Positions 15,661-24,600 of a stretch of 30,182 nucleotides of DNA are shown here, piece by piece. Source of the DNA: a virus (taxonomy: Duplodnaviria; Caudoviricetes); the IMG/VR virus record IMGVR_UViG_3300042199_000240, positions 1-30,182 of that record. One strand, 5' to 3'. Each line of letters starts with the position of its first letter. The stretch's first letter is position 1. The notes under the pieces were generated by a model. It did not search any database and was not told where the DNA came from. It saw only the letters and a program-made list of their open reading frames with translations. The translations under genes and the position numbers were made by a program.

Positions 15661-15710
15661 TTTCTTTTGCTTCCCTTTCCTTAGTTGTAGTCGCTTTGAC
15701 TACATAGATA

Positions 15711-15739
15711 ACACTAGAACATAGTCTAGCCTTTGTCAA
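15711..15739 (-). promoter_or_regulatory. sigma70-type promoter
   Basis: TTGACA-N17-TAGTGT; leader hairpin TGTAGTC/GACTACA. Confidence 0.75.
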
Positions 15740-15844
15740 GTAAAGACTAGGCGTGTCTTTTTTGTTATCAAATTGTTATAAAAAACCTTCACATTTTTGA
15801 CACCAAGCAAGAGGGTGTATCTGAGTTGTTTGTAGTTTCCTAGC

Positions 15845-15871
15845 CCAGACATGACCAGACATGACCAGACA
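15845..15871. repeat. 10-bp tandem repeat CCAGACATGA x2.7 in AT-rich non-coding block
   Basis: CCAGACATGA CCAGACATGA CCAGACA. Confidence 0.9.
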
Positions 15872-16206
15872 CTACTAGTCAGTAGCATAAGTATCAAGTA
15901 AAAGTTTATAGTTGAATAAAGATTTATAACAAGCCTTAGAAAAATAAAAAACACATAGGCAACCAAAAAACATTTTATACAAGTAAAAAGTAAAACAAAA
16001 AGCCCAAAAGACTTTGCTTGGAACGATTTTTTAGAAAACTAAAAACATTATTCTTTGTAAGTCATTTATTTCCGGAAACGATTTCGACGAAGGCTAAAAA
16101 CAAGCGTACCCGTCTCACAGGTCAAAACCAAAATATGGAAAGGTTCATATATTTTAGTCTATCGTCCAATACTCTTGCTGCTCCAGTTATATGTTAAAGT
16201 TGTAGT

Positions 16207-16312
16207 ACCTCAGTTGGTGAAGTCATCCCCCTTTCAACACCACTGAGATGAGAGCGGCTCACCCTTCCGCTCCGCCAACTCCTTTCTACCTGTCTTGATT
16301 GGAGTTGGTGTA
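16207..16312 (+). ncRNA. putative ~105-nt three-hairpin small RNA with C/U-rich loops
   Basis: Extended -10 TGnTAAAGT 16192-16200; stems 16209-19/16238-47, 16252-57/16267-72 and 16273-82/16301-10; no ORF. Confidence 0.65.
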
Positions 16313-16321
16313 ACGAGTGAC

Positions 16322-16349
16322 TTGACAAATAAAACAAATAGCATAGTCT
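16322..16349 (+). promoter_or_regulatory. sigma70-type promoter
   Basis: TTGACA-N16-TAGTCT. Confidence 0.6.
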
Positions 16350-16372
16350 AAATACCCCTTAGTCTTTTTCGT

Positions 16373-16615
16373 ATGGAAATAGTTGCTAAGGATTATCACC
16401 CAAATGGTTCTGCTCAGCCGTTCATGGCTGCCATTGTGGACGACCCAGCAGATGGCGACACAAAACTAGTTATTATGTTTGAAGATACTGATTTTATTGC
16501 TGTTCTATCACTAGACTCTCTTCAAAGAGATGAAGATATTTCTAATAGAGGAAATGGTTATCACGGAGAGAAGTACGAAAAACTCCGTAGCGACTTGTGG
16601 GACGGCTTAGTCTAA
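16373..16615 (+). CDS. hypothetical phage protein
   Basis: 80-aa ORF with DYHPNG motif. Confidence 0.75.
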   Translation: MEIVAKDYHPNGSAQPFMAAIVDDPADGDTKLVIMFEDTDFIAVLSLDSLQRDEDISNRGNGYHGEKYEKLRSDLWDGLV

Positions 16616-16645
16616 AATCTAACAAAAGGTAAGGGTGTACAAGGC

Positions 16646-17215
16646 ATGACAACGATTGCGGCTATTCAGGGCGAGAACTGGGCTGTCGTTGGCTATGACT
16701 CACGAGTCACAGAAGATAACTCACGCATTTATACGCTTCCAAAGGACAACGGCAAACTAATTAAGAATGGGCAATACCTTTTAGGTGCTGCTGGAGACTT
16801 GCGTGCTGTAAACCTTATTTCATACGTTTTCAAACCACCAACAATAAATCCGACCTCTTACGGGACAAAACTAGATAAATTTATTACTACTCACTTTATC
16901 CCAGACCTCAAGCGATGCTTTGAGGAGAACTCTTACTCTAAAGATGGCGAACACGATAGCCAACTGTTAGTAATTGTCAATTCAACTATTTATGAGATTG
17001 GTGAGGATTATTCTTGGGCACATGATGAAAGCGGGATATACGCTGTTGGTTCTGGAGCACATTACGCTCTAGGCGCTATGCACTCTGCTTTGGAAAGTAG
17101 AAAGCGAACTTTATCCAGCGCTAAAACAATAGTTCGTCAAGCATTAACAATTGCATCAAAACTGGACCCAAGTACTGGTGGTCCTTTTGTAGTAAACGTT
17201 CAACACTTCAGTTGA
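16646..17215 (+). CDS. Ntn-hydrolase, proteasome-beta/HslV-like peptidase
   Basis: N-terminal (M)TTI nucleophile, DSR, K, GAAGD, AVGSGA.YALGA, DPSTGG. Confidence 0.85.
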   Translation: MTTIAAIQGENWAVVGYDSRVTEDNSRIYTLPKDNGKLIKNGQYLLGAAGDLRAVNLISYVFKPPTINPTSYGTKLDKFITTHFIPDLKRCFEENSYSKDGEHDSQLLVIVNSTIYEIGEDYSWAHDESGIYAVGSGAHYALGAMHSALESRKRTLSSAKTIVRQALTIASKLDPSTGGPFVVNVQHFS

Positions 17216-17219
17216 GTCT

Positions 17220-17249
17220 TTGTACGGGTAGTAAAAAATCCTGTACAAT
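17220..17249 (+). promoter_or_regulatory. leaderless promoter
   Basis: TTGTAC-N18-TACAAT; ATG 6 nt downstream. Confidence 0.65.
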
Positions 17250-17255
17250 AAATCT

Positions 17256-17756
17256 ATGAAGAAAAAGACCAGACTTCCAGAAGACGAAGTTCGTTTTCTT
17301 TCTGGTTTATCAGAACAACTTCTCAAGGAACGCATCAGAGCGTTGTGGGAAACAGGTTGGTCGTTAGCAGTTATTGCTAATTCACTCAAACCAGTTCGCC
17401 CTAAGTCCACAGTTCACTTCTGGGTTCAGAATACGACTGCTACACCTCAAAGAAGACCAGTCCCACCAACTCCACCTAAGTCCTTGACCGTTACAGCACC
17501 GCTTTCAGACGCTCCAATAACTCGTTCCATATCTCCAGGTGTCCCACCAGAGTTGAAACCGCGTCTAAAGCAACTTGCAGACCTATCTAGACGCTACAGA
17601 GCAAAGACAGCACCTAATAGTCCGCTTGCTGAAGCCAACAGAGAACTAACAGTTCTCGCTAAGGACTTATATGACCGCGGAATACCTGCCGCAGCCGTAG
17701 CAGAAGCGGCTGGAGTCACTTACAGAGCGATGGCGAGGAGATTGAGTAATGGCTAG
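17256..17756 (+). CDS. double helix-turn-helix protein, paralogue of 13273-13947
   Basis: GWSLAVIANSL and GIPAAAVAEAAGVTYRAMARRL. Confidence 0.8.
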   Translation: MKKKTRLPEDEVRFLSGLSEQLLKERIRALWETGWSLAVIANSLKPVRPKSTVHFWVQNTTATPQRRPVPPTPPKSLTVTAPLSDAPITRSISPGVPPELKPRLKQLADLSRRYRAKTAPNSPLAEANRELTVLAKDLYDRGIPAAAVAEAAGVTYRAMARRLSNG

Positions 17757-18096
17757 GACATATAAAAACAACACAGGGACCTACTCTGAAGATGATTTGG
17801 TTGTTGCTGTTTGGTTCAACGCTAAGAAAAACACTTCAAGACCAAACGCAAGGCGCCTTGAGACCTTTACAACCGAGTATTCTCCCCACCCAATTGCTTT
17901 TCCACTAGAAACACTTCAAGAGACAGACTCTTGGATGTACTGCCCTGTTGCTAAGGTGCCACAGGACCTCAACAATATGCTTGAACCAAACAAAGCAACC
18001 CGTGAGAAGCCTCTTTTAGTGCCTCTCCCGCTTGCTAAGTCCCACTTGGGGTGGAATGAGTTCTATGTACCTAACGAATACACGAGTACCCGATGA
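17749..18096 (+). CDS. hypothetical protein
   Basis: SD GAGGAG; overlaps neighbours. Confidence 0.75.
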   Translation: MARTYKNNTGTYSEDDLVVAVWFNAKKNTSRPNARRLETFTTEYSPHPIAFPLETLQETDSWMYCPVAKVPQDLNNMLEPNKATREKPLLVPLPLAKSHLGWNEFYVPNEYTSTR

Positions 18097-18452
18097 GAAT
18101 TCAAGCAGATGTCTTTCCAGCAGTCGTTACATTGGCTGACCCAGACTCTCTAGAGGATATAGAAACACTTTTACCTCGTGGTGGAGCCCCTAAAGGCTCT
18201 AGAAAGGTTGATGCTTGCCGAGTTACAGTGCTTGATGGGCTTCTGCTGATAGCAGTTGACTCTCCATCAGGCCCAAGACTTGTTTTCAAGGAAAAAGTAG
18301 AGTTTTATAGCAAAAAAGACCGCATTCATAGAGTGAAAACAGAAACAGGCAAGTATGTAGCCTTTAGTAAAGACAATAACTGCGGTTGCGGGTCAAAACT
18401 AAGGACTTGGAACCCATACAAGAACATAGTTACGACAGGAAGTGAACAATGA
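18093..18452 (+). CDS. hypothetical protein with CGCGS motif
   Basis: ATGA coupling at both ends. Confidence 0.75.
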   Translation: MRIQADVFPAVVTLADPDSLEDIETLLPRGGAPKGSRKVDACRVTVLDGLLLIAVDSPSGPRLVFKEKVEFYSKKDRIHRVKTETGKYVAFSKDNNCGCGSKLRTWNPYKNIVTTGSEQ

Positions 18453-18742
18453 CCATAGATTTTTTAGAGTTTTTTATCTATGGACTAGCGGTATATCGCT
18501 TTTCTAGGCTCATAGTTAGAGACGAGGTACTTTCTACCCCTAGAGAGTGGCTTTGGAAGAAGTTTCCACCAGAAAGCACTAAAACAGGCTATTTACTAAC
18601 TTGTGTGTGGTGTACAAGCATTTGGTCCGCCTCATTATTCGCAATATCCCGTATCATTATTCCTGAAGCCACATACATAGTCGCATTTGTATTAGCACTT
18701 TCGGCTGTTGCTGGCCTGTTAACTGCGTATGAGGACAAGTAG
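18449..18742 (+). CDS. DUF1360-like membrane protein
   Basis: AVYRFSRLIVRD...PR...GYLLTCVWCTSIW. Confidence 0.8.
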   Translation: MTIDFLEFFIYGLAVYRFSRLIVRDEVLSTPREWLWKKFPPESTKTGYLLTCVWCTSIWSASLFAISRIIIPEATYIVAFVLALSAVAGLLTAYEDK

Positions 18743-18779
18743 TCTTGATACTCCGTAACAATGACGAGGAGTTTTATCT

Positions 18780-20519
18780 GTGAGCGTATTCAAACGCGAA
18801 GAAACACCTAAAGATGGCGAAGTTACGCCTGTTTCTAAGAAGAAATCTACTTCTCGTAAGTCAAAGTCTTCAAAGACTAATCGCTCTCGTCAAATCGTTT
18901 TAAAACAAAAACCACAGCAAGTCACAGGGCCTGCTTCTATCTTTGTTTCTCCTTCATCAGCAGTATCTCTTCCTTTTTCTGCTCCTAGAACTCTTACAGC
19001 AGCGGCTGTTCAAATAAAAATAAATGACAGGGGAGAATTTGAGCAGTTTAAGCAACGTCGTGCTGCTGGTTCATCTTCATGGCAAGCCGAAGCATGGGAA
19101 TACTACGATGCTATTGGCGAAATCAAATATGCTTTCAATTTAGTTGCTTCTGTTGTTTCAAGAATTCGTATTTATGCAGCATCTGTTGATAATCCGTCTG
19201 AAACACCAACATCTGTTCGCAACTCTTCAATTATTGACCCACGTCTTGGCGCAGCAGCAGAGCGAGCACTTGCTCGTTTAGATTCTGCATACGGTGGACA
19301 AGCAGGACTACTTCGTGATGCTGCTTTAAATCTTTCTGTTGCTGGTGAATGTTATTTAGTACAAGTTCCAGCGAAAAAAGGAAGTGGAATTCCAGAGTCT
19401 TGGGATATTCGCTCTGTAGATGAAGTTATGGCAGATGCTCGTGGTGGTTATAACATTATTGGTCGTCGTGAGCAGAACACTGGTAACAATACTCAAGGTG
19501 TAAACAAACTTGGCAACAATGCTTTTGTTGGTCGTATCTGGCGTTCACATCCTCGTTATTCAGATGAAGCAGATTCTTCGCTTCGTGGATTGTTAGACCT
19601 TTGTGCTGAACTTCTTCTCCTCAACAGAACATTCCGTGCAACTGCACGCTCTCGCCTCAATGCTGGTGCGTTGTATTTGCCTGATGGACTTTCTGTTGCT
19701 GCACAAGGTGACCCAGATTATCCATACGATGAGGCAGATAGTGAACTAAATCCAGCCTTTACTGCTGAAGAGGCAGAAGATGAATTTGAGGACCAACTCA
19801 TTGATGCAATGACAACTCCAATTCGTGATGAAGAGTCAGCATCAGCAGTTGTTCCACTTATCATTCGCGGTCCAGCAGAACTTGGTGACCGCATTAAACA
19901 ATTCAAGTTTGAGCGTTCGTTCGACCCTGCATTGGCTCAACGTGCAGACCGAGTACTAGAACGTATCCTTCAGGGTCTAGATGTTCCAAAGGATGTAGTG
20001 ACAGGTCTTGCTAATGTGAAATACTCGAACGCTCTACAAATTGATGAAGCGCTATACAAGGCTCACATTGAGCCTTTGATGTTGCTGATTGCTGACGCAC
20101 TAACAATTGTTTACTTGCGTCCTTATCTAATCGCACAAGGCTACTCACCATCTGAAGTTGACCGCATTGTTGTTTGGTATGACCCAAGCGCAGTTTCAAC
20201 CCGCAATGACCGTGCTGCTGATGCAGATTCTGGTTATGACCGTGGTGTTATTTCACAAGAAACATGGCGTCGTGCTCACGGCTTCTCTCAATCAGACGCT
20301 CCTACAGCAAATGAAGTTGCAATTCGTATGTTGTATGAGAAGGGCGCAATTACTCCAGAGTTATCAGAGCAAATGCTTGCATCTATTGCTCCAGATTTTA
20401 TGGACAAAGTCCGTCAAACTCAGCAAGAGTCTTCAGTTGCTCCGCTTCCAGAAAGCGTTGAGCAAATTCTAAAAGGCGCTACCGCTGAACCAGCAGTAGA
20501 GGGACAGGAAAATGTCTGA
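18780..20519 (+). CDS. phage portal protein (actinophage cluster-B-like)
   Basis: RTLTAA...WQAEAWEYYDAIGEIKY...SRIRIYA, IWRSHP...ADS and ARSRL..G motifs; size and position. Confidence 0.8.
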   Translation: MSVFKREETPKDGEVTPVSKKKSTSRKSKSSKTNRSRQIVLKQKPQQVTGPASIFVSPSSAVSLPFSAPRTLTAAAVQIKINDRGEFEQFKQRRAAGSSSWQAEAWEYYDAIGEIKYAFNLVASVVSRIRIYAASVDNPSETPTSVRNSSIIDPRLGAAAERALARLDSAYGGQAGLLRDAALNLSVAGECYLVQVPAKKGSGIPESWDIRSVDEVMADARGGYNIIGRREQNTGNNTQGVNKLGNNAFVGRIWRSHPRYSDEADSSLRGLLDLCAELLLLNRTFRATARSRLNAGALYLPDGLSVAAQGDPDYPYDEADSELNPAFTAEEAEDEFEDQLIDAMTTPIRDEESASAVVPLIIRGPAELGDRIKQFKFERSFDPALAQRADRVLERILQGLDVPKDVVTGLANVKYSNALQIDEALYKAHIEPLMLLIADALTIVYLRPYLIAQGYSPSEVDRIVVWYDPSAVSTRNDRAADADSGYDRGVISQETWRRAHGFSQSDAPTANEVAIRMLYEKGAITPELSEQMLASIAPDFMDKVRQTQQESSVAPLPESVEQILKGATAEPAVEGQENV

Positions 20520-21645
20520 AGAGTCTTTTGACATTTTAGTTTCTTCTGATTCTGCTGTAACTGCTGGCAGTGGTCCTTGCTGGGAAGGTTACAAACAAGT
20601 AGGAATGAAAAAAGGTAAAGACGGAAAAATGGTTCCTAATTGTGTTCCTGTTGATGCTTCAGATAATTCAAACTTTGCAGCAAAAGGTAAAAGAACAATC
20701 TCTCAAACTCCTGCTCCAGCAAAAGACAGAATTAAAGGTTCTTCAAAAAATAAAAAGGGCAGTGCCAAAGGAACCAAGGCAGCACGCAAAGTAAACTTCT
20801 CTGCTGCTATAGAAAAATCTTTGAAAGAAAAAGTTGCTAAGCACAATGAGAAGGCTTCTCCAGGTCGCAAGGCTTCATTAGGAATGCTCAAGGCTGTTTA
20901 TCGTCGTGGTGCAGGTGCGTTTTCTGTCTCACATCGTCCTGGAATGACTCGTAATCAATGGGCTATGGGTCGCGTCAATGCTTTTTTACGTTTACTAAAG
21001 TCTGGCAAGCCTTCTAATTCTGCTTACACAACAGATAACGATTTACTTCCAGCATCTCATCCTCGTTCAACAAAGAAATCAAACTCCATCACTGCCGCAG
21101 GTTTAGTTCCAGAAGAACAAGATTTAGCAGCAGCGCTTATTGAAATTGCTACTAAGTATGGAAAATTCAACGAAGATGAAACAGGTATTTGGGCGGGATA
21201 CACACCAGCAGCAGAAAACAAAGATGCTTCTATTGGAGTTATCTGTGGAAACTGCGTTTTGTATCAAGGCGGAGACCAATGCCAAATCATTGCTTTGCCA
21301 GTAGAAGCAAATGGAAAGTGTCGTTTTGCTGTTCTTCCAGAAGGCGCTGTAAAAGTATCTGAGAAGCCAACAATGGAAGAACTAGAAGAGTTTATGTATG
21401 ACCAAGAACTAACAATAGAACTAAAGAATAAAGAAGATTACTTTTATCCAGAAGACGCTATCCTTGCTATGGCAGAGTATTCAGGTTTCGGTTATGAAGC
21501 AGAGCCAGCGATTCGTGCTTCATGGCTTCGTGGTGTAAGAAATGGCGATGACCCGTTTGTTCGCGCTTCGCTTTTAGCATCGTTGGGACATGAAAGTCTT
21601 GATGGAGATTTACTCCCAGTAGTTGAGGAAGGTACTGAAGAGTGA
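20512..21645 (+). CDS. modular head-associated protein (CWxGY...VPNCV, DUF5824-like and HiPIP-like Cys4 modules)
   Basis: PCWEGYKQVGMK..VPNCVP; LKAVYRRGAGA...QWAMGRVNAF; CGNC-x8-C-x12-C. Confidence 0.65.
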   Translation: MSEESFDILVSSDSAVTAGSGPCWEGYKQVGMKKGKDGKMVPNCVPVDASDNSNFAAKGKRTISQTPAPAKDRIKGSSKNKKGSAKGTKAARKVNFSAAIEKSLKEKVAKHNEKASPGRKASLGMLKAVYRRGAGAFSVSHRPGMTRNQWAMGRVNAFLRLLKSGKPSNSAYTTDNDLLPASHPRSTKKSNSITAAGLVPEEQDLAAALIEIATKYGKFNEDETGIWAGYTPAAENKDASIGVICGNCVLYQGGDQCQIIALPVEANGKCRFAVLPEGAVKVSEKPTMEELEEFMYDQELTIELKNKEDYFYPEDAILAMAEYSGFGYEAEPAIRASWLRGVRNGDDPFVRASLLASLGHESLDGDLLPVVEEGTEE

Positions 21646-24600
21646 GCAGAATTCGTCGTATAAGTTACGCCATTTCACAAGATGGTCGTCGTGCTACTTC
21701 ACTAAACCAAGCAAGACGGATTAGAGAGTCTGTACTTTCTCTTGTAGAAGAGGCAAATCTAAACTCAAATCCTTCTCGCCGTATTACTAAGAAGGCTGCT
21801 TTCTCTGTAGTTCTTCGTTCACTTCAAGCAACACGCCATCTTCCATTCTCACTTCGTGAGCATATGGCTCTCAAAGAACTTTCTAACTACATCAACCTTG
21901 CCAAGCACAATAAAACTACTGCTCTTGTTTATAGTCACACTGACTTACTTCCAATCTCACATCCACGCTCTACTCGTGAGCACTCGATGACTGCTTCTGC
22001 TTTGGCAGATGCTCGTGCTCGTTGGATTGTTGATGATGAAAGAATTACTAACGATACTGCTAAAACTATTTTGGCTTCTGCTCTAACAGCAGAGGTAGAT
22101 TCTGTAGAACACGCTTATTACATCTCAGCCTTATCTGCTCTTCCACAAGGAACTATTCCAGCAGATGTATTGATTGCTGCAATTGGAGACGGAAACTCTC
22201 CACTTGCTCGTTCTCTTCGTGCGCAACTACAGCGTCGTGACCGCAAGGGACGATTCGCTTTCCAGGGTGGCGGAGTCAAGGCACTTATTCGTCGTGGCGG
22301 AAAAGTATTCAGTCTTGTTGGTAGAACTCTTATGGATGCTCCAGATGGAAAAGTTCTTATGGAACTTCCAGATGGCCGCATCGCAAAAATTACTCCAGAA
22401 AAAGGCGAGTATATCAAGGCTGTTCTCAATCCAACAAAAGATGGTTTTAGCCCTAAGCCAGTTCGCTTCTCTGCAACTGACGACATTATTGATGAAGCAG
22501 ATTTAGAGTTTGTTGATTCTCCAGAAGGCTGGACAAAAGAAGGAAATTACACCTGGAAAAACGAAAACTGGGTCGTAACTAAAGATGATTTTGGAAACTT
22601 TAGAGCAAGTGATGGCAAGGGCGGAAACGTCGAAGGTAAATCTTGGGCAGATATTCTTGATGGAATTGATGATGTTGATAAGCCTTCTCAAAAAGCCGTT
22701 CTTCCTGAAAAAGAAAAAGCAGAGAAAAAGTCCTTTGAGTTTGATTATCCTGCTGGCGCTTTCAAACTAAAAGTTGGACAAGAGTACGAACCTCAAGGTC
22801 GTCAAGAAGAAGACCAACCAAATGATTTTACAGATGACCCTGTAGAACTTGCTCAAAAATTTGACCCTAGAGATTTAGTTCAAGCACTAGAAGAAGCAGT
22901 TATTCCTCAAGGTGAAAACGAAAACGCTTTCGGGTACGGCAATCTATCTTTTGAAGATGGGGATGGCCTTGTAGAAGCAGACGCTATCTATAACGCTCTT
23001 AAAGAGGCTGGAGAAGATGCGGACCTTGAGTTAGCAAAAATTTATGACAAAGCAAATCAAAACAACAACAACGAACAAGCACTTTTAGATTCTCGTAAGG
23101 GTCCAGAAGTTGTTCGTACTTCGGAGCCAGATGTTGCTGAAGCCTTTGAACGTGTAACTGAAGAAGGAACTTCAGATGTTGCTCCAGCAGCAGAAGAGCC
23201 AGAGTTTGTTGAAGAAAAACGCGACGAGACTCCACTTCCTCCACTTCTTAAAGGTCTAACAGAAAACGAACTTGCTCGTTTTATGGAGAGCAAAGACCAC
23301 ACTCCACATCTACCTAAGAATGAAGATTTGAATGTTCCAGAGGGCTACAACAAATTAGACCCAGCACCATTCAACAATTGGCGTGAAGTAACTCCTGACA
23401 ATCCAGACCCTGTTTTGCCAGAAGGTTTTAGTGATAATCCAGTATTTCTTGCTCAGAATGTTTCTGAAGATGATTTGAAGAAAGAATTACGTCGTGCTGT
23501 CGAGCCAGGAAATGAAGCACCAGGATATGGCGCTATCAAACTCAAGACCGAAGATGGTGAAGACTTCGTAGCAAATGTTCCTGGCGAAGCAATTCGTGAT
23601 GCTCTACAACTTCAAGGCGTAGACACTAACGATGAACTAAACAAGATTTACATGGAAGGACGCACTCCACAAAAGCAAGGCATTACTGATGGCGAGGCTG
23701 GAGACATCCTTGCTCAGATTGAGGCTGATGATGCTGGTGAAGCATTAGCACCTGCTGAAAAGAAAACAATTCGTCCAGAAATACCAGAAGATTTTGAAGT
23801 AAACGCTGTTGAAGAAATTCCAGATGGAATTGCTGAATATCCAAAGCCAGCAGACGTTGCTCCTGCTGCTCCTGGCGGTCCTGGCGGTCCTGGCGGTCCT
23901 GGAGATGGAGATGGAGAAGGAGAAAGTCCTAAAGGTCCTTATCGCATTGTTTCTAAAGTAACTGGTCTACAGCCAGGAGACATTACAGTTGGTGACCATT
24001 TTGTTATTACTGAAATTGGCGAGAAGGTTCCTGGAACTGACCGCGTAAAAATTAAGGGTTACTACCCAGGACACGTTGAACAAGATACAAAGCAATGGAA
24101 CGAATGGCGTGAGATTGAAGTTATTCGTGGTGCAGAGGCACCTGCTCAAGGCGACCTACCTGTTTTATCTAAACCAAAAGAAAAAGATTTTGGAAGACGC
24201 AAAAAAGATGCTGATGGTAACTGGGGCTTTGCTAATCCAGAAGACCAAGCACGTTTTGATGCTGCTATGGCTGAATACAATGTTCAACTTGATGCTGCAA
24301 AAAAACGTTTTGCTGACCCAACAGAACCAAAGAACCAACCACACCGCGCTTTAGTTCGTGCTGCTGATGTAAAGCCTGGCGATATAACTACTGACCCTAA
24401 GAAGGGCCACTTTGTTATTGAGCGAGTATTTACAGATGAAAATACTAAACCAGGATTTGTTAGCGTTGAAGGCTACTACCCAGGACACGTTACACAACGT
24501 AAAGAATGGAAAGTAGATACTCAGATTGATGTTATTCGTAACGTTGAAGCACCTGCAAAAGGAGAACTTCCAGAATTACATCAGCCACACCAAGTTGTTG

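Noticed and set aside
15845-15871. CRISPR array
   Set aside because: 10-bp tandem units with no spacers; no regularly spaced 25-40-bp repeats or cas genes in the window
15736-15966. 76-aa minus-strand ORF (and 9473-9670) sharing NYKQL
   Set aside because: The similarity comes from a non-coding DNA repeat; there is no RBS and the composition is atypical
16207-16312. tRNA gene
   Set aside because: No acceptor stem, T-loop GTTCRA or 7-nt anticodon loop
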